A stretch of DNA of 64,000 nucleotides from the human T2T-CHM13v2.0 reference genome, Homo sapiens: the NCBI RefSeq assembly GCF_009914755.1, contig NC_060943.1; one strand, given 5' to 3'. The notes under the pieces are model-generated. The model was not told where the DNA came from and searched no databases. It saw only the letters and a program-made list of their open reading frames with translations. Below, piece by piece: positions 24,738 to 51,952 of this stretch (its first letter is position 1; every line of letters starts with the position of its first letter). The translations under genes and the position numbers were made by a program.

Positions 24738-24896
24738 CAAAGCCCTAAATAGATAGATAAGCTCAAAAAACTGAATTAGTAATAAGTAGCCTACCAACTA
24801 AATGAAGCTCAGGACCAAACATACTCACAGCTGAATTCTACCAGATGTACAAATAGAAGCTGATATTATTTCTACCAGAACAATTTCAAAAGATTA

Positions 24897-25330
<434 letters not shown>

Positions 25331-27305
25331 AATCTTCAACAAACTACTAGCAAACCAAATCCAGCAGCATATCAAAAACCTAACCCACTATGATCAACTA
25401 TGGTTTATTTTGGGGATTCAAGGTTTGTTCAACATACACGAATCAATAAATGTGATTCATCACATAAACAGAATTAAAGACAGAAATCACAAGATTATCT
25501 CAATAGATGCACAAAAAGCCTTCAATAAAATTTAACATTTTTCATGTTAAAAACCCTCAACAAACTAGGCACTGATGGTATACATGTCAAAATAGTAAGT
25601 TATCTATGACAAATCCACAGCCAAAATACTGAATGGACAAAACCTGGAAGCATTCCTTCTTGAAAACTGGCACAAGACAAGGATGCCTTCTCTCAACACT
25701 CCTATATTCAACATAAAATTGGCAGTCTTAGCCAGAGCAATCAGGCAAAAGATAAAAATAAAAGGCATCCAAACAAAAAGAGAGGAAGTCAAACTATCCC
25801 TATTTGCAAACAACATGATTCTACATCTGGAAACCCATATACTCTCAGCAGAAAAGCTCTTTAAACTGACAAACAACTTCAGTAAAGTCTCAGGATACAA
25901 AAGAAATGTATAAAAATTAGTAGTAACCCTATATATCAAGAACACCTAGGCCAAATCCGAATCGAAAACACAATCCCATTCACAACTGCCACAGAAAAGA
26001 ATAACATATCTAGAAATACAGATAACCAGAAAGGTAAAAGATCTCTATGACAAGAATTACAAAACAATGCTTAAAGAAGCCAGAGATGACACAAACAAAT
26101 GGAAAACCACTTTATGCTCATGAATAAAAAAGATCACTATCATAAAAATGGCCATACTGCTTAAATAAATCTACAGATGTAATGCTAATTCAATCAAACC
26201 ACCAAAATATTTTTTAACAGAACTAAAAAAACAACTATTTTAAAATTCACATGGAACCAAAAAAGAGCCTGAATAGCCAAGGCAATCATAAGCAAAAACA
26301 AGAAAGCTGGAGGCATTACATTACCTGACTTCAAACTACACAACAGTGCTACAGTAAACAAAGCAACATGGTACTGGTACAAAAACAAACTCATAGGCCA
26401 ATGCAACAGAATAGGGAGCCCAGAAATAATGCCACACACCTAAAACCATCTGATCTTCAACAAAGGTGACAACAGGAATGTGGGAAGAATTTCCTATTTA
26501 ATAAATGGTGCCAGAATAACTAGCTAGCACTATGTAGCAGACTGAAACTGGACCCTTTTATAACACCATATAAAAAAATCAACTCAAGGTAAATGAAAGA
26601 CTTAAATGTTAATCTTAAAAATTATAAAAAAAAAAAAAACAAAAAACCCTGGAAGATAAGAAGTGCCATTCTAGACATAGAAACTGTCAAAGATTTCATG
26701 ATGAAGATATCAAAAGCAATTGCAAAAGTTGACAAATGGGACCTAAATAAACTAATGATCTTTTTTCACAGCAAAGGAAACTAGCAACACAGTAAAGAGA
26801 CACCCTACAAAATAATAGGAAATATTTGCAAACTATGCTTCTGACAAAGGTTTACTATCCAGAATCCGTAAGAACTAAAACAAGTTTACAAGAAAAAAAA
26901 AAACTAACTTAAAAGAAGACCAAAAAAAAAACATGAAAAAGATGTTTGTCTTCAAAAGGAGACAAACATGTGGCTAACAAGCATATAAAAAAATGCTCAT
27001 CACTAATCGTTAGAGAAATGCAAAAGAAAACCACAACAAGAAATCATCTCAAACCAGTGAGAATGGCAATTATTATAATTCAACCATTGTGAAAAGCAGT
27101 GTAGTGATTCCTCACTAAACTAAAAATAAAATTACCATTTGACCCAGTAACCTCACAACGGGGTTTATACCTAAAAATATATAAATTATTCTATCATAAA
27201 GACACATGCACAATCACATTCGTTGCAGTACTATTCACAATAGCAAAGACATGGAATCAACCTAAATGCCTATCAATGGTAGACTGGATACAGAAAATAC
27301 GGTAT

Positions 27306-28068
<763 letters not shown>

Positions 28069-28839
28069 TTATTATTTATAAGTAAGAGATAAATAAGAAC
28101 ACATGAACACAGAGGGGAAAAAAGACACTGAGGCCTAGTTGAGGGTGGGAGGACTAAAAGGGTCAGAAAAAGTACATTTTTGGTGCTATGATTAGTACTG
28201 CAGTGACAAAATAATCTCCACACCAAACTCCCATGACACAATTTTAGCTGTATAACAAAGCTGCACATGTACCCCTGAACCACCCAAAAATAAAAGTTAA
28301 AAGAAAAAAATCCCTCGATTGGAGAGAGTGCAATGCAGGTGGAAGGACTGGTTTGTGCTATAGATAGTGGCCCAGGTGGGGCTGTACTCTGATTCATTTC
28401 TGGGTCCATGCAGCCAGATAAGATTATGAATCCTAGGCTGGTGGAGAAAACAGGATGCTACTGCAGATTCCGTGTCTGAAAATAGGGATATGCCAGGAGA
28501 CTTGTAGACACTTTTGTAGGTTTTTGGCCAAAAAAACCACTAGGATCAAAAATGCTGTGGTAAAATTCCTGAGGGTGGTGCCTTGTCCAGAGAGGGGTGT
28601 GGACACATCAATGTCTAGTGGGTGTTTGTGAGTGGGTGGAAATCCTCTGCTGGCAGCTGTGGCAAAAGGGGGTTTGTCATCAGATCTCCTTTAAGTTTTC
28701 AGTCTTCTGTCACCCTGGGAGGAGACCTGGAATCAAAGAACAAGGGGCAGTGTGACAGCCTGTGTAGAGGAGAGCAGAGCTTCCCATTCCCAGACACCCG
28801 GAGTTTCATTCTAGGCCAGGAGTCTGTGATATCTTTCTT

Positions 28840-29170
28840 CTGGCACCAAATCTGCAGAGTTTGATGAACACCAACAATTCTCCAACAGCAACTCATTGTC
28901 TAACACTTGAATTCTGACACCACCCAGAGTCAGCACAGACCCTGATTCAGGGCTCAGTCCCACAACATTGTCCTCACTGCAGATGCCAGTCACAAACCCC
29001 ATGGGCTCATCTATGCTTCTGACCTACTGTTTAAAAATTGGGGACTCCCATAACCTTTTTGAAATTCAGTAATCTGATACAGCTACTCACAGAACTCAGC
29101 AGAACACTGTAGTTATATTCACTGGATTCAAATAAAATATACAACCCCCAAAAAGTCAAATGGAAGAAAA
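28840..29170 (-). mobile_element. LTR fragment (MER21-like)
   Basis: + strand CACCAACAATTCTCCAAC...GGGCTCAGTCCCACAA...CAGATGCCAGTCACAA...CTCACAGAACTCAG resembles recalled MER21; orientation tentative. Confidence 0.55.
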
Positions 29171-30559
29171 GTATAGAACCAAGAAAAAAGGTGGGAAAAG
29201 ATGAAGTATATAGATAACAAACAGCTAGGATTAATAAAATTCTCTATCCTCTGTGTTCTCCAGGAACACTTATGAAAAGAAACACCCTTCCCATTGTGAC
29301 TTAGATGGTGCTCTCTTTTCTTACCTACTACACAGCCAGGAAAACACTCTGCATATTTTCTTTTCTCGTTAAAAAAATCAGCTGTATTTGTCTTCAGTGG
29401 TCAACATAAAATACTTCTTAATCAAACTTCACTTATTTTCTTCCCACAGGCTCCTGAACTCTGAGCTACTCTCAGTCCGAGCCACCATACAACCTCATTT
29501 TATGCTACTGCAGATTCAGTGTCTGAAGAACACTCCTAAGAACACACTGACTTCAGGGTAAAACATTCTCTGATCTAAAATCTGATTATTTCACCCTTCA
29601 TTTAAATATTCCCCTCACCTTCTTTCTAATCTTATTTGTTTTCTCTAGGAAAAAAAGGCCTTTTCTACCTAATCTTTATAATCCTTAAAGATCTTATAGT
29701 TGGTACTTCCTCCTGTTGCAATACTCCTTTGGAATTCTTTTTTTTTTTTTAATGTACATCTAGCTGGTTATTTTAAAACCTCTCAAAACTGCCTCAAAAC
29801 AGTAACAATTTTATCTTCAATAAGACACTCCCAAACCCCTTCTATCTTAACCTTAACTGCATCTGCCTGTGGGGCCCCAGCTTTCCAGGGCTCTGTAGCT
29901 TCTCTCACTATAGAGGCTTCTTCCATGGCTGCGGTAAGCAGGCTGGGACATCTGCAGGAAAGGCTTTCCAGAAGGAACTAAATGGGCCTTTAATAACCTC
30001 CGTTTGCTAGCTCAAAATTAACCTTAGCTTGCAGTCATTGGGCTCAAGCTTTAATTACATGTCAGAGTCATTCACTTAGTTTTTGAAACTAAGTGTTTGA
30101 AAAATCCAGCAAAATGATTCAAAAACAGTGTTCATATAAGAAAATTTTAAGGTGCTTACCTTTTGTACCTCAGTAAGAGAAGCAAATGTATTTATTTCTT
30201 TTGGACAATAAAGCATTATTTTATTTTTTGTATTAAAAATCATGAGGTAAACAGTTATATGGGAACACTTCTAGGAGGTACCTAGTTTCATCACATAAAA
30301 TTTACCATTAAACTCAGAAATCAAAATAACAGGATATAGAACAAAGATACTTACTTTTGCAAATTTACCCTGCAAAAAAAGAAACTGATGTTTTCACGAA
30401 TCTATGTAACTCACCAATTATCTACCACATTTTCTTGTGGAAATATATTAATTCTCTATAGCCAAAACGGAAGAAAAAATGTTCTTATTTTTTTCCCAAA
30501 CATTCCAAAAGCTAGATGGAATTGTTTGAAATCACTCAGCTATAAAAAGCACACCTGAG

Positions 30560-30894
<335 letters not shown>

Positions 30895-31060
30895 CTAAAT
30901 TCACTCTGAGAAAGAAAAAGGTGAATGAGAATTTTCAACAAATGAAATATATAATTAGATATTATTTTTTGATACTCACCTTTTTATGCCCTTTGTAAAT
31001 ATTTTCTTACCTTTCAAGCCCTACTAATAAGATGCAATTTACAGTTAAAAAACTGAGGTC

Positions 31061-31660
<600 letters not shown>

Positions 31661-32096
31661 CTAAGGTCAAAATAAGTGAACAAATCATTTAATCGTTTCA
31701 AGGTAGAGATATGTCTGATTCATGTGTCAAGTCAGGTCATCCAATTACTGAGAGATTCAGCCACCCCATCCTGTTCACTTAAGTGCTCAATAATCATTCT
31801 CTCAGGAGACTCTGAACTATGCCCCAGTGAGTGCCCCAGGTACATTTTACTTTGCAAGTTCTTGCACCATCTCACTGGGGTCAGTTTCTTTTTCTTTGTC
31901 TTTGGAGTGCTATTTTTTTCCACAAACTTTTTACCATTTTTCTTTCACTATTTTTCTGTCCCCTAGGAGAATCCAGAGGCAAAAATTATTTTGGTTTCCC
32001 CTTCAATACCGGCATCTGATTGTCTGAACAGCAATGTGTCTCCAAGAAATGGAAGCTGGGTTGGGTAAAGACAATACTAATACCTCAAGGGGTTAG

Positions 32097-32189
32097 CTTT
32101 CCAAAAAAACAGGGCACCAGTAGATGCCTCTCAGCCCCAGGGCATTCACCTGCTCTCCTGAAAGGCTACATTCCATACCTCGGGTTGTC
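32097..32189 (-). pseudogene. Vestigial 93-nt exon homologous to the N-terminal extension exon of ZNF100/ZNF430/ZNF431
   Basis: tgtag| then DNPRYGM*PFRRAGECPGAERHLLVPCFFGK (31 codons) versus recalled ZNF100 [31 protein letters not shown]; in-frame TAG; donor position reads CTAACC rather than GT. Confidence 0.7.
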
Positions 32190-32405
32190 CTACAGGAGAT
32201 GAGAGGCTACACTCCATACCTCAGGTTGTCTTATGAAAGATAAGAGGCTACACTCCATACCTCAGGTTGTCTTATGGGAGATGAGAGGCTACACTCCATA
32301 CCTCTGGTTGTCTTATGGGAGATGAGAGGCTACACTCCATACCTCTGGTTGTCTTATGGGAGATGAGAGGCTACACTCCATATCTCTGGTTGTCTTATGG
32401 GAGAA
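32162..32405. repeat. 41-bp minisatellite, 6 copies
   Basis: GGCTAC anchors at 32164, 32205, 32246, 32287, 32328, 32369; unit ~GAGGCTACACTCCATACCTC(A/T)GGTTGTCTTATGGGAGATGA. Confidence 0.95.
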
Positions 32406-32970
32406 AATGACCCAGGAGCTGATATTCACTAGATACTCTTGCAGACACAGCCATGGCCAGTATCTTGGTTTTTCCCCAGACAGTACTGAATCTCAGGTCC
32501 AAGGAAAAAACTGAAGGGTGGCTGAGGACACGTCTCCCTATAACTTTTCCAAAGGGAAACCCTGACCCAAAAAACATTCTGATAAGATATCTGTGTCTAG
32601 GGAAACTAGAAGAAAAAAACATTTACAAACAGAAAACAAATCTTTTTAAATGTGCCATCAAATGCTTTGTCAAAAAATGATTACAATAGGTATCAAAATG
32701 TACACTAAAGGACAAATAGTTGATCATGTGAATAAGGGAGGGGAAACTGGCATTTGGGAATGTCAGAAGGAACTGGAAATTAAGTATTTTACTGCAAGTC
32801 AGAGTCAGGCTGGAGAAATAGGGGGTGGCAGATAGACTTGAGGCCCTGCTTGGGACACATGTGAAAAATGCAAGGAAACAGCAGTTCCCTGTGGGGTGTG
32901 AAAATAATTAAGTGGCTGGCAGTTAGACTGAGGAGGCTTTATTTCCTAATTTCTACTTTTAAAAAATCTA

Positions 32971-33712
<742 letters not shown>

Positions 33713-34116
33713 CAGGAAACTACATAACTGTACCTAACCAATTATTGAATGTGGTTTTCTTCATTATGCACCTTATAAAACTCTTTCCATCAAACCCCTT
33801 CAATAGACCATAAACTACAATCCATAGTTGGGTGCTCTACAATTTTGGAATCACTCTTAAATTATTTAATATTTTTTCGGCGACTTCCATAAATTTTTAA
33901 TGGGAGAATACAGGAACTGGGAGCCTCACGGACCAAAGCTCTTCCCATTCATGAACCCACACCTCAAGTCAGGATTCTCCTCTGACTACCCTCCCACAGT
34001 CCGTGCACAATCTGGGAGAGACTCCGCGCTGAGGGTGCAGAGCTGCCCCAAGAGGGCTCCAGGCCAGGGCACAATCACAGCGCAGGGAAGAGACAGGACG
34101 CCCGGCGGCCCGCGCA

Positions 34117-34127
34117 GCCGCCATCTT
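34117..34127 (-). promoter_or_regulatory. YY1 consensus site at the start of intron 1
   Basis: + strand GCCGCCATCTT = AAGATGGCGGC on the gene strand, ~150 bp downstream of exon 1. Confidence 0.55.
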
Positions 34128-34272
34128 ATGGCTGAAGGGGACTGAGGTCGAGCTAGGCAAGGAGAACTTGTGGAGCTGACTGCGGGTAGGCTTGAGTCCC
34201 GCCACAGCCACTTCCCGCCGGTTCCAACCAGCCCAGGCCACTCTCTCAGTGTGTCGGACCCGGCACACTCAC

Positions 34273-34275
34273 CAT
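34273..34275 (-). CDS. ZNF676: Initiator ATG at the 3' end of exon 1
   Basis: Minus strand ...GGACCCCCTGGAAGCCTAGAAATG|GTGAGT is the standard ZNF91-subfamily exon-1 end; phase 0 joins in frame to GGA GCA TTG of the KRAB-A exon. Confidence 0.8.
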
Positions 34276-34420
34276 TTCTAGGCTTCCAGGGGGTCCTGGC
34301 GACTTAGTTGTGGATCTCCCAATACCTGCAGGTCATAGGGCCACAGAGGCTGGGACTCTAGGAACAGTAAGGACAAGGCCTTTACCTCCGGCTGCAGCGA
34401 GAGACAAAGGACCGACCACA
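34276..34420 (-). other. ZNF676: Exon 1 5' UTR (TSS approximate)
   Basis: GC/CpG-enriched stretch resembling ZNF91-family first exons (CCTTTGTCTCTCGCTGCAGCCGGAG ... GACCTGCAGGTATTGGGAGATCCACA) lying between the promoter motifs and the donor. Confidence 0.7.
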
Positions 34421-34620
34421 TCCCGGAAGCCGACCTGTCCCCCCCCCCCAGCTGCCTGCCTGATTGGACATTCCCAGCCCAGCATCCCTGATTGGATAAT
34501 GTTTAAGGCCCCGCCCTTTCAGGCCCTGAGTGACAGAAGATGTGATCAGATGCTGGGCTGAATGAAGAAAGAGAGCCAACGTAGGCTGCAGCCTTTTCAG
34601 GCAGGGCTTCCTCCCTGAGC
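34410..34620 (-). promoter_or_regulatory. KRAB-ZNF proximal promoter: GC box, two CCAAT boxes, ETS site
   Basis: + strand GGCCCCGCCC at 34507-34516, ATTGG at 34463-34467 and 34491-34495 (28 bp apart), CCGGAAG at 34423-34429; local CpG enrichment ~34000-34520. Confidence 0.75.
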
Positions 34621-34794
34621 TGAGCCAGGCCTACCCCAGAGCATGGGAAAATTCTATCTCTTCTTTATTCTCTCTTTTTAAATGTATTTGAAATGTGAAC
34701 AAATATATTTTACTGTCATGTTAATAATACATAAAACTTTTGTACAAGAGTAAATCAATTTTTACTTTAGTAATAGTGTATTATCAATACTAAA

Positions 34795-35132
<338 letters not shown>

Positions 35133-35287
35133 GCTAAACCTAATGTTAGTAAAACCTTATAAATAAATCCATGAAATTTGTCATTTTTGAACACTCTAGA
35201 TGTTCATATATATTTTACAATCTCATATTTAACTTTTTCTATTTTATTTTAATAGCCTTTTTTTTTAACTTGAAACAACCTTAAGCT

Positions 35288-35590
35288 GTTTTTTGAGACG
35301 AGTCTTGCCAGGCTAGAGTGCAATGGCATGATCTCAGCTCACTGCAACCTCCCTCTCTGGGTTCAAGCGATTCTCCTGCCTCAGCCTCCCGAGTAGCTGG
35401 GATTACAGGCGCCCACCACCACACCCAGCTAATTTAGCATGGTAGCCTCACCCTGTAGTACCAGCTATTCGGGGGCTAAAGTAGGAGGATTGCCTGAGCC
35501 CAGGAGGTTGTGGCTGCAGTGAGCCCTGATCAAGCCACTGCACTCCATTCTGGGTGACAAGAGTGAGACTCTTTCTAAAAAAAAAAAAAA
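35288..35590. mobile_element. Two Alu right arms fused head-to-head (minus 35288-35435, plus 35436-35590)
   Basis: T tail...CCCAGCTAATTT|AGCATGGTAGC...A tail; both left arms absent. Confidence 0.85.
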
Positions 35591-35639
35591 AGCCAAAACA
35601 TATAAACTTAAACTTATGGGAGTTTGGAGGTTTTTATTT

Positions 35640-41048
<5,409 letters not shown>

Positions 41049-43351
41049 TAAATGTACTGTTTATGTTTTTTTTAATATATAAGATTAAATGATTTGCAAA
41101 CAGCAACTTTTTATTTATTTGTCTTCAATTTCAATGGCTTTAAACAATTTTTTTGCCTAGTTCTTCTGCCATGTACTTCCAGGTTTATGTTAAAGTAGAA
41201 GCATTGACAATGGGGACAATATAGTTTTGCATTGCATTGGTTTTTGTAAATTTCGTGGAGCAAAAGCCTGTTCAAGTTTATATAAACTGGTTACAAGGGG
41301 TAAAAATCTTCTTCTGTTGGGCCCCCATATTTATAGGATGCCCTCTTTATTTGTAATAGAGAGAGGTGGTAAACGCAGCAAAGCAGCTGCGTCTGCATAG
41401 GATTTACCTTTAGTTGGCTTGTTACAAAAGGCTTGGGTAGTTGTAATTCCCATTTTATTATTGAACAGATTGAATATCCTTCAGGACTTTCATCTGTAGA
41501 GCAGACACTAGGGGAAGTTGTTGCAGTCAGATCTGCATATGGTGGGGCTTACATCAGGATGTGGATGAGGATGCCTTTCACCAAGTACTAGAGAGGGTCT
41601 TCCCAGGTCACTGTGTGGGATTCTACCTAGGCAGAATTGGCCATAAACTGTGGATTGGAGTTAGAACTAAAACATTAAACTGTATGGCTACAAATGGGTG
41701 TCTTCCTCCAGGCCTCTGGAAGGGCAGAAGCTCTCCCAGGCTGTGGCTGGGAGGAGTTTGGAATGGTTATAGGATAAGTTCAGAATTCTCAGTGGGAGCA
41801 AGTTGAGTTGGCTATTTTTTGGGTTGTGGCCAAGAACAGAAATCCTGTAGTTTGCCACCTTAGTGGAAGCCTGTCTCCTGAAAAGAATGTTCCTCAATCT
41901 TGGGCTTTAGCAGAGTTTCACAACTCCGTCCCTGGATCTCAAAGCTCTTTTGAAGGTACTTGTTTTAGAGATGAAGTCTTTCTACATAACACAGGCTGGT
42001 CTTGAAATCTTGGCCTGAAGAAATTCTTCAACCTGAATGTTTTATGTAGCTATCATTACAGATATGAGCCAGGATGCCTGGATCTCTCATAAACACATTT
42101 TTGTCAGGGCTGGCTCACAGTTTTCTTGCTGTCGGGGGATAAGAAAATAGGTCACCTTTTTTTTTTTTTTAAATTTTACTGATGTCGCTCTCCCTATACA
42201 TTTTTACTTTGTATTTCCTATTTCAAATTTCTCTGTTATTTTAGATTCAGACATTTAGGATAATATGTTAGAATTTACATGTTATGCCTGAAATAAATTA
42301 GATTATTAGTAGGCATTCCTTATTTACTAAAATATTTAGTTATAAATTTAAGTTTGCTGCAGGCAGAAAGGAATTATATGATTTCCATTCACTTTCTTCA
42401 GCCTATATTTAAATAATAAAATAAGTTCTTCCCTGATAATTGTTTTATATATCAGAGGCTTTAATTATATTCTGCAGACTTTTTTTTTAATTTAACAAAG
42501 TAAGACTATTCTTTGCTTCTAAAGTTAAATTACAGCAGTTTCATTTTGTGTAAGAATAGCACATATTCTTTAAGAATATATGTAGCATATATTGTGTAAG
42601 AACAGCATATATAACGATGAAATTTACCTCTAGTTTTCTTTAGTGCTTATTTATTAAAAGCTTATCATTAGAATCTTCTATTTATGATTATACTGCAATT
42701 TCTCTTAAGTTTTACTGCCATGCAGTGCATGCCGATGACTCAAAATACCTGCCTTCCATGAGTACACAGACACAGTCAAATATTGTAGTTATCTAGACAA
42801 ATTTTTGTAATGGTACATCAATGTTGCATACTAGATCTGATGAGTAAACATTTCTGTTATTATTATTTTGCAGTTCTATATGTGTGCTTTTTAGCGTCAG
42901 TTTCTTAATATCAGTGAATTTTTTTTGTTTTACGTATTATAATTCTAGACAATTTGCAATTCTGTTTGTACACTTTAAGTCAATGTGGGGTTTAATTGAG
43001 AAATAAATTAGCCATATGTCTATCACAATCAGATTATATATTTGTGTGTTTTTATCTATAAATATGACTCCAATTATGGTTATGGCTTATCTTGTATATA
43101 TTCTTTCTTAGCTGATTTTCAGTGGTTGTTTTATCTTGTCTAAGTGAGTAGTTGTGGAAATAATCTTATTTTTGCCTTGTGTTTAATAATGAATATATAT
43201 TTTCTTTGTGTGAGAGAAACACTTTTGTGATTTGAAGGTAATTCTAGAAAAGATTTATAATTCTTCATTTAGTTTTTCTTCTAAAATAATTTTTGTAAAA
43301 ACAGATAACATAAAATTGATTCTCTAAAATCTATTTAAGTGTACATTTTAT

Positions 43352-43646
43352 GGCCAGGCATGGTAGTGGCTCACCTCTGTGATCCCAGAAATTCGAGAGG
43401 TCAAAACAGAAGGATCACCTGAGCCCAAATGTTTGAGATCAGCCTGGGAAACATATAAAGACCTGCTGTATCCAAAAAAATTTTAAAATAACAAGCCATG
43501 GTGGTGTGCACCTGTGGTTCCAGCAACCTGGGAGATCAAGGGAAAAGGAGTACTTTATCCTGGGAGTTTGAGGCTGAAGTGAGCCATAATTTTGCCACTA
43601 CACACCAGTTTGGGTGACAAAGTGAGACCCTCTGTCAAAAAAAAAA
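43352..43646 (+). mobile_element. Old Alu (AluJ-like)
   Basis: Diverged dimer with A tail. Confidence 0.8.
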
Positions 43647-45240
43647 GCTGTGGATTTCAGGCATGTTAAAGTATATTCACCTGGTTATGCAAAAGGCTTC
43701 TAGAGGTTTTACATCTTGTAAAACTAATACTCAATACCCACTAAGTAACAACTGCCCATTTTACCCTCTCTCCAGCCCTTGGCAAATATCTTTCAGCTTT
43801 CTGTTTTTATGAGTTTGGCTATTTAACTTATCTCAGGTAAATGAAGTAATGTAGTATTCATCATTTTGTTACTGGTTTATTTCATGTGACATAGTATTTT
43901 CAAAGTTTATCTTAAAATGTGACAAAATTTTCTCTTTTAAGGCTGAATGATATTCCATGTATGTGTATGTTAAATTTTTTGATGTATTTATAAATCAAGG
44001 GACATATAGATTACTTCAGCCTTTTGGCTTTTGTGAAATCTGGTACAATAAGCATAAATGTTTACATGTCTCCTCCAGGTTCTGTGTTGCATACTTTGGA
44101 AATCAATTTATAAATAAGATTGTTGTAATTGATTACAATTTTATTTTTAATTATCTGAGGAACATTTATAACATTTTAAAATAATGGCTGCATCTTTGTT
44201 TTCCACCAACAATCAGCATAGGTTTCATTTTCATAGCATCACCAATAGATCTGGTTTTCTTAAAAAATTGATAGTGGCCGTTCCAATGGGTGTCAGGTTA
44301 TTTTGTATTTCACTGTGATATTTATGCATTCCTCTACAAATTAGTAATTTTGTGAGTCCTGTCAAATGCTCTTCCCATTTATGCTTTTGATAAAAATTTA
44401 GTTTAATTAGTTTTCCATTTCTAAATCCTGTTATTCAACTTTATTGTTCAGTTTTAAGAGTTGCTTATATATTCTGAATATTAACTTCTATCACATGTGA
44501 TTTGCAAATATTTTCATTGATTTCCTAAGTGGCATTGTCACTCTCTTGAAGTTTTTTTTGATGTGCAAAAATTTTGAAGTATATTTCAGTTAAATTTTTC
44601 TGTTCTTTTCATTGTTGCTTATGCGTTTAATGTCATCTAAGAAAATGATTCCAAGGCCAATGTCATGTCTTTTCTCCATGTTTTTTTAAGACACTTATTA
44701 GCTATTTTTTATATCTAAGTATTTTATATAAATTTTTTTGTCTATGGTTCAAGGAAAGAATCCAGCTTTATCAGTATAGATATTCAGTTTTCAGCATTAA
44801 TTTTTGAAGATATTATCTTTTCTCTATTGTGTGCTCATGGCAGCTTTGTGGAAGATCATTATTTACAGAAGGGTTCATTTCTGGGCTCTCTATTCTGATT
44901 TATCATCTGTTTATCTGTCTTTGTGTCAGTACTATATTGTTTTCATTATAGCTTTTAATATGTTTTGAAATGGGAAAGTTTATTACCTCCTCTATTTCAT
45001 GGGTGTTTGGCTAGTTATAGTTAATAATCAAATTTTAAAATGTTAAATAATATTTCTGTTTAAAAATCCTGTGCTATTAGGAATTTTATAGAAATTACGT
45101 CAAATTTGTTTACCACTGTAGGTTGTACTGACATCTTAAAAAATTAAATTTTTTGACTCTTGAGCAAGAATATGTTAAAGAGTGTTTTATTTTTATTTTA
45201 TTTATTTATTTATTTTATTTAGAGAGAGAAGGGATCTTGC

Positions 45241-45541
45241 TTTTTTTTTTTTCCTTTGAGACAGAGTCTCACTCTGTCATCCAGGCAGGAGTGCAGTGGC
45301 ACAATCTCAATTCAACACAACCTCCACCTTCTGGGTTCAAGTGATTCTCCTGCCTCAGCCTCCTGAATAGTTGGGATTACAGGCACTCACCACCATGCCT
45401 GGCTCATTTTTTTGTATTTTTAGTAGAGACGAGGTTTCACCATGTTGGTCTGGCTGGTCTCAAACTCTTGATGTCAGGCAATCCACCTGCCTCGGCCTCC
45501 CAAAGTTCTCGGGTTACAGAGGTGAGCCACTGCACCCAGCT
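45241..45541 (-). mobile_element. Alu
   Basis: Reverse-complement dimer ~55 bp left of the inferred inversion breakpoint. Confidence 0.9.
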
Positions 45542-45716
45542 CATGTGTTTAATTTTTATATACTTTTGGATTTTCCTGTTTTACTTTTACCTTAGGTTCA
45601 AATAATAGCATCAGCAAATCTGTCCTGCCAAATGAAAAGAGGAAAACCTTTCAAAATAACCAAATTTTGAAAGAGCATACTGGCACTGCATATGCCCTAT
45701 AAAGAATGCTGAAAAG

Positions 45717-49156
<3,440 letters not shown>

Positions 49157-49209
49157 AAAGAATGCTGAAGAGTTTCTTTTATTGAAAATAAAATGACTCA
49201 AGAAAATGA

Positions 49210-51952
<2,743 letters not shown>

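Noticed and set aside
32162-32405. 41-bp repeat as a CRISPR-like array
   Set aside because: Units are contiguous with no unique spacers, there are no cas-like ORFs, and the context is a primate intron
33900-34579. Overlapping ORFs around the promoter
   Set aside because: Expected from GC-rich, stop-poor CpG sequence; no recognisable domains
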